Assembly: GCA_045594385.1 (NCBI GenBank)
Contig: JAZNYM010000032.1
Span: 8,339 to 72,338, forward strand
DNA: 64,000 nucleotides
Direction of reading: 5' to 3'
Origin: Bacteroidaceae bacterium
GTDB lineage: Bacteria; Bacteroidota; Bacteroidia; Bacteroidales; Bacteroidaceae
Part shown: piece after piece, positions 56,391 to 63,995 of the stretch
Layout of the letters: each line of letters opens with the position of its first letter
Position numbering within the stretch: position 1 is the first letter of the stretch
Translations under genes and position numbers: made by a program
The notes under the pieces: model-generated
Database searches by the model: none
What the model was told of the DNA's origin: nothing
What the model saw: the letters and a program-made list of their open reading frames with translations, nothing else

Positions 56391-57568
56391 TAGATCAGCC
56401 CGAACATCCACAAGGGAATCTCCTGTCCCTCTCCTTCCTTTTTGTCGGTACTCACGTATATCACGTCTGTCGACCTCCTTTTGGGAATCTCATCCAGTAT
56501 CCGGAACCTATACTTGTCATCCAGTATGAATGTACAGGACCTGTCACCCACACTCACCTTGTGTTTCGGACTTGTGGCACTCTGGAAGAATGTCTCTATC
56601 ATGTCCTGCCTGTTCACTTGTCCCGGTGTCATCACATGCATCAGATTGGTATTGTGCATCATCAGACGCACAGGCTTCTTTGGGAATCCCTCACCTCTGC
56701 GATATAGCATATTCAGCAATCGCGCGTCACCCAGAAATTTGATATAGTTCATTATCGTGGTCCGCGAAGTCTGGACCTCCAAAGCCAGCTGGCTCACATT
56801 GGGGGTTCCTGTACCACCCGTAGCCAACAGGAAAAACAGTTTCTTTATTCTGTTGAGGTTCTTCTGCTCCATCTGGTATATGAGCAGCACATCCACCTCT
56901 ATCATCATGTTCATCGTCTTCAGCAGGTTCTCGCTGAAATTCCTTTTGTTCAGGAAAAACGGATAATAGCCATGATGCAGATATGCCTCGAAGTAATCCA
57001 GCGGATTGCAGCGTGCACAAATCTCCTTGGCAATACGCTCATGGCGGTTCTGCAGTTCTCTCAGCGTGACGGGTCTGATATCTGTACCTGCCTTTATATT
57101 CAGGAACTCACGGAAAGAAAAACCTCTCAGGCTATAACTCCGGCATATTCCGTTCAGTTCGGGATTTTCGTCCTTCAGCCTCATCACTGTGCTGCCTGTG
57201 AATACTATGCGGAGCATGGGATATTTCTCGTAGCACTCGTGCAGCACATGGCTCCAGTTGGACACCTTGAATATCTGATCTATCAGCAACACCTGTCCTC
57301 CGGCCCTATAGAAGTCTCCAGCAAACTTCAGCAAACTGTAGGTCTGGAAAAAGAAGTTGTTCATATTGATGTACAAACATCTCTTGTCGTTGGCCGTATA
57401 GTTTTCTTTTGCATATTGTAGCAGGAAAGTTGTCTTTCCCACTCCACGGCTGCCCTTTATTCCAATCAGGCGGTCACGCCAATTTATCTCGTCCATCAAC
57501 GCACGATGCACGGGCTCTCCCAGATGTTCCAGCAAATACCGATGTGTTCTGAATAGGGTCTCCAACAT
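56387..57568 (-). CDS. AAA-family ATPase with a DUF4143-type C-terminal domain
   Basis: Walker A GSRGVGKTT and Walker B LLIDQI. 393 aa. This architecture is common in Bacteroidota (AAA_14 plus DUF4143, from memory). Confidence 0.75.
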   Translation of the reverse strand: MLETLFRTHRYLLEHLGEPVHRALMDEINWRDRLIGIKGSRGVGKTTFLLQYAKENYTANDKRCLYINMNNFFFQTYSLLKFAGDFYRAGGQVLLIDQIFKVSNWSHVLHECYEKYPMLRIVFTGSTVMRLKDENPELNGICRSYSLRGFSFREFLNIKAGTDIRPVTLRELQNRHERIAKEICARCNPLDYFEAYLHHGYYPFFLNKRNFSENLLKTMNMMIEVDVLLIYQMEQKNLNRIKKLFFLLATGGTGTPNVSQLALEVQTSRTTIMNYIKFLGDARLLNMLYRRGEGFPKKPVRLMMHNTNLMHVMTPGQVNRQDMIETFFQSATSPKHKVSVGDRSCTFILDDKYRFRILDEIPKRRSTDVIYVSTDKKEGEGQEIPLWMFGLIY

Positions 57569-57671
57569 ACTTGCAAGTTGTATTTACATGTAACCGACAC
57601 ATATTTTACGCAGACAAAGATACACTTTTTTTGTTTAATTGCAAAGTAGAAGTGACAAAAAAGATAAAAAC

Positions 57672-57905
57672 GTGAAGAGGTGAGAGGTGAGAGGTGAGCG
57701 GTGAGAGGTGAGCGGTGAGCGGTGAGCGGTGAGAGGATGAGAGGATGAGAGGTGAGAGGTGAGCGGTGAGAGGATGAGAGGATGAGAGGTGAGCGGTGAG
57801 CGGTGAGCGGTGAGCGGATGAGCGGATGAGCGGATGAGCGGAAACCTGAAACTTGAAACCTGAAACTTGAAACCTGAAACCTTCAACCAGTAACCTTCAC
57901 CGTTC
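57672..57905. repeat. Composite 7-bp arrays: (GGTGAGN/GGATGAG) about 24 units, then (CTGAAAC/TTGAAAC) about 6 units
   Basis: Read directly from the sequence. It is the reverse complement in type of 60820-61114. The mtgA stop (57897-57899) lies in the last degenerate unit, cggtgaagg. Confidence 0.9.
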
Positions 57906-58592
57906 AAATTCCACTTTCCCGATATTCCTCATCTGGCGCATTATCTGTGTCTGTCTGCGCAGCATATATGGCGAAGGGTCCTTTGAACTGAACTTCAACG
58001 GGTTCGGCAGCGTGGCGGCTATCAGGGCACAGTTGGCCCGTGTCAGTCGGTCGGCTCCGCGTCCGAAGTTTTGCCATGCCACGGCATCGGCACCATATAT
58101 GCCGTCTCCCATCTCTATGCTGTTCAGGTACACCTCCATTATGCGGTGTTTGTCCCACATCAGTTCTATCAGTATGGTAAAGTATGCTTCCAGTCCTTTT
58201 CTGAACCATCCTCCTCCGGGCCACAGGAACACGTTCTTTGCCGTCTGCTGCGATATTGTGCTGGCGCCTCGTCTGCGCTTTCCACTCTGTCTCTCGTCCC
58301 AGGCCTTGGATATGGCGTCAAAGTCGAAGCCGTTATGCGTCATGAACCTTTGGTCTTCGCTTGCCACCACGGCAAGAGCCAGGTCGGGTGTCATGCCCTT
58401 GTCCATCTCCACCCAATGGTGCTTCAGGCGTATTTTCTCGCCCCTGCCCATCTGCTGGCAGCAACGTATCAACATCAGTGGCGTCACCTGCACCGGCAAC
58501 CACCTGTATGCCAGCACCGCCAGTATGGAACTGAGGAAAAACAGTCCCACTATCCAACGGAGTATATTGCGCAGTCGTGTAAATATCTTCAT
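57897..58592 (-). CDS. mtgA: Monofunctional peptidoglycan glycosyltransferase
   Basis: [26 protein letters not shown] and [27 protein letters not shown] motifs of the GT51 family. 231 aa. Confidence 0.92.
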   Translation of the reverse strand: MKIFTRLRNILRWIVGLFFLSSILAVLAYRWLPVQVTPLMLIRCCQQMGRGEKIRLKHHWVEMDKGMTPDLALAVVASEDQRFMTHNGFDFDAISKAWDERQSGKRRRGASTISQQTAKNVFLWPGGGWFRKGLEAYFTILIELMWDKHRIMEVYLNSIEMGDGIYGADAVAWQNFGRGADRLTRANCALIAATLPNPLKFSSKDPSPYMLRRQTQIMRQMRNIGKVEFER

Positions 58593-58613
58593 AAAGCAAT
58601 CTTTTAGAAAAGC

Positions 58614-58707
58614 CTAGAATATCTAGAATATCTAGAGAGACTAGAAAGACTAGAAGGACTAGAAGGACTAGATTGTCTAGATTGTCTAGATTGTCTAGAA
58701 AACCTAG
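58614..58707. repeat. CTAG array: 11 CTAG cores on a strict 9-bp register (twin of 56297-56390)
   Basis: CTAG starts at 58614 plus 9n for n = 0..10, counted by hand. It fills the gap between the GH20 stop and the mtgA start. Confidence 0.9.
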
Positions 58708-58721
58708 CCCCCCAGTCCCTC

Positions 58722-60815
58722 CTACTCCCTTTCCTTATCAGGAGAGTAGATCAGTCCTTCCACGGCATTCCTGCCCTCCAGGTCCGTGAGCACGAAGGTA
58801 AACATCCACTTGTCCAGTCGGTATCCTGCATTCACGTAGGGCAGTTTCAGGAACACCTTGTTCCAACCCTTGTTCAGTGTCACTGCTATGGGTTTGCGGG
58901 CAGGGAAGTTCTCGTTCTTCAGTTCCACCTCCTTGTTGCTTATGGCCACACCGGCATTCTCATAGTCGGGAGCCTCTATTTCCTCACCGTTTACCCATAT
59001 TCTGGAGCCATACAGGTCCCAGTTGCCTGCCGTGGGGGCCGGGTCCTGCTCCGAGCGGCTGTAGTTCTGGAACTCTATCACGGCACCCACCTCCTGCTTC
59101 TTCTTGCTGTAGACGTATGTCCAGGCGTATGCAGTGTTGTTGAACGAGGGCGACTCGTAGTAGGCCTTTATGATGCTGTGCCCCCATGTGTGTCTCAGGT
59201 ATATGCCGGCACCCGTGGCCACTCCTGTGCCGTAGGTTTTGCCCTCGTGTGTGAAAGTGTTGGGGATGTTGCACATCGCGCATGTTGTGGCATGCTTCTC
59301 CGGAGCGAACTCTGCGGCGTTGTTGCCGCCGTTGGGGAAGGCATCCGTTATGCGCCAGCGTACGTTGGTCTGTTTCACGTATGGTATGGGCTCGTCCTTC
59401 AGCGCATGTGCCTTATGGAACAGGAAGCGGCGCTCCCAGTCGCGGAACTCATCGTACTCCTCGCCGCTGTTGGGCAGCATCACGCCGCCACCGCCGTTCG
59501 TGCCACCGTTGTTGCAGTTGTCTATGTAGCGTTTGCCTCCGCCCACCCAGGCGCGTTCTGCCGTGGCAATCACGTTGGCCCACACGTTGTTCTGCGCCAT
59601 GATATCCTCCTCGGTGGAGAGTTTGCGGTCGTTCCAGCAACCGGAGACGGCACCTGCCACCTCGGCATCGCCCTTCTCCTTATAATATATATTGCTCTTG
59701 AAGATGCCCACCAGGTCGGCAAACACGTCGAAGTGGTTGGTGTAGTTGTATCGGCTGTCTATGTTGGCCTTGCCCCCGGCAAAGTAACCGCGTGTACCCC
59801 ACATCTGTGTCAGCGAGGCGTTCAGGCTCTTCTGTCCTATGCCGTTGATGGGGTTCCATATCTCTGCCTTCTTGCCCTTGCTCTCCACATAGGCAATCAT
59901 TTCGTTCAGGTAGGCGGCAGTCGTGCTCACCTCGTCACCGCCAATGTGTATGTAGGGTGCATCGGCAAAGACCTCTGCCACCTCGTCCAGCACCTTCTTC
60001 AGCACAGCTTTTCCTTCGGCGCTCTGCATGTCAAAGCCCATGGCACGCCTGAAGGCCGCGCTGTGTCCCGGCATGTCTATCTCGGGGATAACCGTTACGC
60101 CGTGCTTCTTGGCAGCCTCCATCACCTTGCGGCAGTCCTCCTGTGTGTAGTACTGGCCGGCGAAGCGAGTCATGGACTCGGCAGAGGTAAGTTGCGGATA
60201 AGCCTTCACCTCGAAGCGCCATGCCTGGTTCTCTGTCATGTGCCAATGGAAAGTGTTCACCTTGAAGCGCGAGAACAATTCTATCTGCCTTACCAGTTCC
60301 CCGGCGCTGATGAACGAGCGGCCCACATCGTGCATGTATCCGCGCAACTTGAATGCCGGCCAGTCCGTCATCTTCACGGCCTCCAGGGCGGGCTTGCCCT
60401 TCCATCCCTCTGCCATCTGCACCAGTGTCTGTGTTGCGCGTATCACACCGGTGGGCGTTACCGCTGTGATGTTTATGGCCTCCGGTGTCACCTCCAGGGT
60501 GTAGGCCTCGTTCTCGTATCCGTACAGTTCATAGTCGTATGCGCCTTCTATGCTCTTCACCATGCTCACGTTCACAGCCTTGCCGCCACTTGGCACCAGT
60601 TTGCAACCGTTGCTGGTCAGGAACTCCTCCAGCAGGGCACATGCTTTTGCCCCGTTGGCATAGTTTATGCTTACTTTGCCCTTCAGTTTGAAGGCCGCCA
60701 CGTTTTCCGTGGCAGTAATCTGTTGTGGACGTGGCAGTATGTGCTGCACCTTTGCCTGTAATGCCGATGGCACCAGCGACATCATCATTGCCGTTACAAG
60801 TAGAGTCTTTTTCAT
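58722..60815 (-). CDS. Beta-N-acetylhexosaminidase (GH20)
   Basis: Signal peptide present. GH20 catalytic region YIHIGGDEV, HWHMTENQAWR and IPEIDMPGHS. 697 aa. Confidence 0.92.
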   Translation of the reverse strand: MKKTLLVTAMMMSLVPSALQAKVQHILPRPQQITATENVAAFKLKGKVSINYANGAKACALLEEFLTSNGCKLVPSGGKAVNVSMVKSIEGAYDYELYGYENEAYTLEVTPEAINITAVTPTGVIRATQTLVQMAEGWKGKPALEAVKMTDWPAFKLRGYMHDVGRSFISAGELVRQIELFSRFKVNTFHWHMTENQAWRFEVKAYPQLTSAESMTRFAGQYYTQEDCRKVMEAAKKHGVTVIPEIDMPGHSAAFRRAMGFDMQSAEGKAVLKKVLDEVAEVFADAPYIHIGGDEVSTTAAYLNEMIAYVESKGKKAEIWNPINGIGQKSLNASLTQMWGTRGYFAGGKANIDSRYNYTNHFDVFADLVGIFKSNIYYKEKGDAEVAGAVSGCWNDRKLSTEEDIMAQNNVWANVIATAERAWVGGGKRYIDNCNNGGTNGGGGVMLPNSGEEYDEFRDWERRFLFHKAHALKDEPIPYVKQTNVRWRITDAFPNGGNNAAEFAPEKHATTCAMCNIPNTFTHEGKTYGTGVATGAGIYLRHTWGHSIIKAYYESPSFNNTAYAWTYVYSKKKQEVGAVIEFQNYSRSEQDPAPTAGNWDLYGSRIWVNGEEIEAPDYENAGVAISNKEVELKNENFPARKPIAVTLNKGWNKVFLKLPYVNAGYRLDKWMFTFVLTDLEGRNAVEGLIYSPDKERE

Positions 60816-60819
60816 ATGA

Positions 60820-61114
60820 GGTTAAAGTTTCAAGTTTAAGGTTTCAAGTTTCAAGGTTTCAGGTTTCAAGTTTCAAGTTTCTGGTTTAAAGTTTTAGGTT
60901 TCCGCTCATCCGTTCACCGCTCACCGCTCATCCGCTCACCGCTCACCGCTCACCGCTCACCGGTTTCAAGTTTCAAGTTTCTGGTTTAAAGTTTAAGGTT
61001 TCCGCTCATCCGCTCACCACTCATCCGCTCACCGCTCATCCGCTCATCCGCTCATCCGCTCATCCGCTCACCGTTTATCGCTCACCGCTCACCGCTCACC
61101 GTTTATCGCTCACC
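60820..61114. repeat. Composite 7-bp arrays in duplicate: (GTTTCAA) then (GCTCACC/GCTCATC), twice
   Basis: GTTTCAA-type at 60824-60900 and 60962-61000. GCTCACC-type at 60901-60961 and 61001-61114. It covers the last 6 codons and the stop of the S24 gene. Confidence 0.9.
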
Positions 61115-61929
61115 GCCTGTGCAATTTTTACGTACTCCTCGAAGCGTATTCCTGTCACGGGGGCATTGTTTATATTCCATTGGTTTACAGGCCTGCAAAA
61201 GCTGCCAACAGCCATGCGCCTCATGGCATCCACCGTCGGTAGGCTGGGATGCTCCGGAACAGCTCTGGCAACCATGTCCACAAAGGTGGCGTACATCTCC
61301 GACTCACACAGTCCCATGTCCACCAATGCCCTGTACACGGCATACCAATGACGTGAATTGCGTACCATGGGAGCCGCCTTGCATATCAGCGGACCGGGAT
61401 CGTCCATGGGTTTGTCTTCTGGCGTTTCAGCAGCCTTAAGCACCCGCATTATACTGGCATGGCTATAGCGTGGAGCATCCTTTGTCACTTTCACCACCTT
61501 TCCCACTATCCTCACGTCCATGTCTTCCGTCAGCCTGATTGGTTTGTAGGCTTCGTTGGCCGGCACCAGCCAGCATTGTCCGTTCTCATCGCGGAAGAAA
61601 GCCTTCAGCGTAAACTCTCCGTCTATGGCGGCCACCACTATGTCACCGTCATCTGCACAGGGACCGGATTTTATCTGGAGCTTGTCGCCGGGCATGATGC
61701 CTATGTCCGTCATCGAGTTGCCTGTCACGTCCACGCTGAAAGTGATTCCCAGATTCAGGAAACTCTTGGACAAGAACAAACATTCATCCCTTGGAATATC
61801 TCCGCACACGGTGGGAGTGCCGGCCCTCACGGCCTGGTTCATGTCTGGAACGGGTATATTGCAGAGTTCGGGGTTAATCACATCGCCCTGCATCTCTCCC
61901 AGTATTTCCTTCAGTTCTTCGTCTGTCAT
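61096..61929 (-). CDS. UmuD/LexA-type S24 self-cleaving peptidase domain fused to an unrecognised C-terminal domain
   Basis: A RAG/TP candidate Ala-Gly cleavage site, a GNSM Ser nucleophile, a Lys in FTLKAF, and GDIVVAAIDGEFTLK. The start is set to MTDEEL (61929) because upstream codons are repeat-derived. Confidence 0.7.
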   Translation of the reverse strand: MTDEELKEILGEMQGDVINPELCNIPVPDMNQAVRAGTPTVCGDIPRDECLFLSKSFLNLGITFSVDVTGNSMTDIGIMPGDKLQIKSGPCADDGDIVVAAIDGEFTLKAFFRDENGQCWLVPANEAYKPIRLTEDMDVRIVGKVVKVTKDAPRYSHASIMRVLKAAETPEDKPMDDPGPLICKAAPMVRNSRHWYAVYRALVDMGLCESEMYATFVDMVARAVPEHPSLPTVDAMRRMAVGSFCRPVNQWNINNAPVTGIRFEEYVKIAQAVSDKR

Positions 61930-61933
61930 GGTA

Positions 61934-62024
61934 ATCGGGTTTCGGGTTTGAGGTTTCAAGTTTCAAGTTTAAGGTTTTAGGTTTCAGGTTTCAAGTTTCA
62001 GGCTTCAGGTTTCAGGTTTCAGGT
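61934..62024. repeat. GTTTCAN 7-bp array filling the S24/four-helix-bundle intergenic gap
   Basis: tcgggtttcgggtttgaggtttcaagtttcaagtttaaggttttaggtttcaggtttcaagtttcaggcttcaggtttcaggtttcagg. It supplies the TGA stop of the four-helix-bundle gene. Confidence 0.9.
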
Positions 62025-62406
62025 ATTTGGAGCCGGTAATGGAGCTCTTCTTTAAGCTTTTTATAAAAGCTGCAATTGCGCTGCTCAGTTCCAGACATAC
62101 GTTATACAATCTCTTTGCATCCGTGTTATTGAGGAAATTTGTATCTGATGCTCTGATAATTTGCGAGCGGACTTCCCCACACGAACCTTTTGCCACATAA
62201 AGAAACTGTATAAACTCCTTGTTCCCGTCTCGCTCAAACCCTTCTGCGATATTATCCATGACACTTCCTGCAGCTGCACGAATCTGTTGTACGAACCGCG
62301 TGTCCGTTTTCCATGGTTGGGTTTCGGTATGAAGATAAACTTCCTGACACAACTCCCTTGCCATCTGCCAAATCCGTAATTCCTCAAATCTTTCAACCAC
62401 TGCCAT
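62005..62406 (-). CDS. Four-helix-bundle protein (23S rRNA intervening-sequence protein / Avd-like family)
   Basis: F.ELRIWQ.AREL...VY......P.......QIR.AA.SV..NIAEGF.R....EF..FL..A.GS..EV..Q is the family signature (TIGR02436-type, from memory). 133 aa. Confidence 0.85.
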   Translation of the reverse strand: MAVVERFEELRIWQMARELCQEVYLHTETQPWKTDTRFVQQIRAAAGSVMDNIAEGFERDGNKEFIQFLYVAKGSCGEVRSQIIRASDTNFLNNTDAKRLYNVCLELSSAIAAFIKSLKKSSITGSKYLKPET

Positions 62407-62424
62407 AGTTTTGTTATTAGATTA

Positions 62425-62632
62425 GTTTAAGGTTTCTGGTTTCAAGTTTCAAGTTTCTGGTTTCAAGTTTCTGGTTTCAAGTTTCTGGTATGCCTCTTGC
62501 TCTGTTATCATGAGATGCCCTTACGCTCCTTGGCTTCTTGAAACTTGAAACTTGAAACATGAAACCTATAATTTGTACTTCCTTGACTTCTTGAAACATG
62601 AAACTTGAAACTTGAAACTTGAAACATGAAAC
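62425..62632. repeat. Inverted 7-bp arrays: left arm (GTTTCAA/GTTTCTG), right arm (TTGAAAC/ATGAAAC) duplicated
   Basis: Left arm 62425-62489. Right arms 62536-62566 and 62589-62632, each preceded by a cttccttgrcttc-like motif. Confidence 0.85.
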
Positions 62633-62725
62633 TAGAGCCTCCACGCTCCTTTTCTCCCCGCAAATTTACTTTTTTTATTCCACATCACCAAAATTTTGGG
62701 ACATCTTGTAGTAAAACGGCAATTC

Positions 62726-62892
62726 AACCCAAATCGGTCATTAGCGTTATGATGATAATAGCGTTTGTTTTTGAACAGATGTTTTGCCACTTTGAGGGCG
62801 CAATGGGGTTCCATTGTAACCGAGAAGTGACGAAACAGATGACAAAAAGAAGGTTTCATTAGCGCATAACAGTCTAATGAACGATTTGGGTT
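62726..62892 (-). mobile_element. Second copy of the 167-bp MITE-like element (perfect 11-bp TIRs AACCCAAATCG / CGATTTGGGTT)
   Basis: Inverted relative to the copy at 49184-49350 and of the same length. Confidence 0.7.
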
Positions 62893-62946
62893 AAACATTG
62901 TTACTACAGAATCAAAAGACCTCCCCCATGGCACTGTCATTTTATC

Positions 62947-63040
62947 ATCGGTAATGGTAAATTTTGCCATCGGTGACGGTAAATCTCACCATCGGTAATC
63001 GTTCGCCGAACGATCGGTAATGATTCGCCTTCATCATCGT
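62947..63040. repeat. 22-bp tandem repeat x4 (CATCGGTAATnGTTCGCCGAA family)
   Basis: Units start at 62947, 62969, 62991 and 63013. 62993-63045 is nearly colinear with 37905-37950. Confidence 0.8.
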
Positions 63041-63060
63041 GAGGACAAGAAGCACCCCTC

Positions 63061-63625
63061 AATAGGAAGGTTTAAAGTTTAAAGTTTCAGGTTTCAGGTT
63101 TCTCGCTACTTTGTCCCTCTGAGACAGGGGGACGAGGAACAAAGTTCCGGAGGGGGTATGATAAGTACTGCTGTCAGGCTTCATCGTTCATCGTTCTTTT
63201 ACAGACCCCTCAGCCCTTCGGGCACCTCGCCCTAACTTAGGGGAGGAAAGGGGGAGGGGGGGGCAAGTTTCAGGTTTAAGGTATCCGCTCAGCACTTCCC
63301 GGTTTAAGGTTTCAGGTTTCAAGTTTCAAGTTTAAGGTATCCGCTCAGCGCTTCCCGGTTTAAGGTTTCAGGTTTCAAGTTTCAAGTTTAAGGTATCCGC
63401 TCAGCGCTTCCAAGTTTAAGGTTTCAAGTTCGCTAAGGCCTTAAACCCGAAACATGAAACATGAAACTCCAAACCTGAAACATGAAACCTGAAACATGAA
63501 ACCTGAAACTCCAAACCCGAAACATGAAACTTGAAACATGAAACTTGAAACTCCAAACTCTAAACCCGAAACTTGAAACCTGAAACCTGAAACTTTAAAC
63601 CTGAAACTTTAAACTCCAAACCCGA
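63061..63625. repeat. Large composite: GTTTMAR arrays, hairpin module, G-rich tract, 56-bp tandem repeat x about 2.7, then an inverted (nTGAAAC) arm
   Basis: gtccctctgagacagggggac occurs near 63106-63130. gtatccgctcagc recurs at 63281, 63337 and 63393 (56-bp spacing). The symmetry centre AAGGCCTT is at 63435-63442. The GAAAC-type arm runs 63443-63625. Confidence 0.85.
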
Positions 63626-63660
63626 AACAAAACCGCCGAGGTTTTTCGAACCCCGGCGGC
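63625..63660 (-). terminator. Rho-independent terminator of the small-peptide gene
   Basis: On the minus strand, gccgccgggg ttcgaaaaa cctcggcgg is followed by ttttgtttcgggttt. Confidence 0.65.
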
Positions 63661-63668
63661 TTGATATA

Positions 63669-63848
63669 TTACCATTCGCTGTCCCAGATGCCGGGAGCAG
63701 AAGGACCATTGTCCTCACGGCCAAGTTGGACATCAGCGACTGAAGTGTCAACTGTCTCTTCATTGATGCCCAAACTTGCTGCCAGCATGTTTACGGCACT
63801 TACCTTTATTGTCTCCACTGAGGGAGTGATATATGTCTTCTTGTTCAT
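63669..63848 (-). CDS. Small protein (59 aa) missed by the 60-aa ORF cutoff: MNKKTYITPSVETIKVSAVNMLAASLGINEETVDTSVADVQLGREDNGPSAPGIWDSEW
   Basis: Hand-translated from the ATG at 63848 to the TAA at 63669-63671. It has its own terminator. The N-terminal pattern MxKKxYxxPxxExxxV...MLAAS resembles small Bacteroidales peptides I have seen annotated as hypothetical. Confidence 0.5.
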   Translation of the reverse strand: MNKKTYITPSVETIKVSAVNMLAASLGINEETVDTSVADVQLGREDNGPSAPGIWDSEW

Positions 63849-63854
63849 AATAAC

Positions 63855-63995
63855 GGACCCCCTTTGCCTTTGGCGTCTCCCCCTCTATGGGGAGAAGTTT
63901 CCGGCTGCCTTGGTGGGGGTATGGCTTTTATTGTTTTACTTCTTTTATCATAGCCCTCCGGAAGCGCTCCCCATAGAGGGGGCGAACAAGGTCCT
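63855..63995. repeat. Inverted pair of the ATCATACCCCCTCCG/CCCC..GGGG hairpin module upstream of the small-peptide gene
   Basis: tctccccctctatggggaga and gctccccatagagggggcg hairpins are present. 63935-63990 is homologous to 1741-1795. 63855-63925 is its degenerate reverse complement. Confidence 0.7.

Noticed and set aside
56226-56707. ORFs 56226..56411 (-) and 56273..56707 / 56338..56529 (+) with LEVLESLGCLGRLG-type sequence
   Set aside because: They are translations of the 9-bp CTAG array in the frames that miss the TAG. The downstream part is antisense to the well-supported AAA ATPase gene.
57635-57907. 90-aa ORF (..SPLTAHRSPLTSHPLILSPLTSH..) on the minus strand
   Set aside because: It is a read-through of the stop-free strand of the GGTGAGC heptamer array. 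It is low-complexity, has no credible start context, and its periodicity follows the 7-bp DNA repeat rather than codons.
53836-60761. Long + strand ORFs inside nifJ (53836..54852, 55051..55605, 55684..56259) and GH20 (59178..60761)
   Set aside because: They are shadow ORFs antisense to unambiguous PFOR and hexosaminidase genes.
60820-63640. Possible CRISPR array, given the many direct repeats
   Set aside because: Repeat periods are 7, 9, 22 and 56 bp with no unique 25-40-bp spacers. There are no cas genes in the window. The units are degenerate rather than identical.
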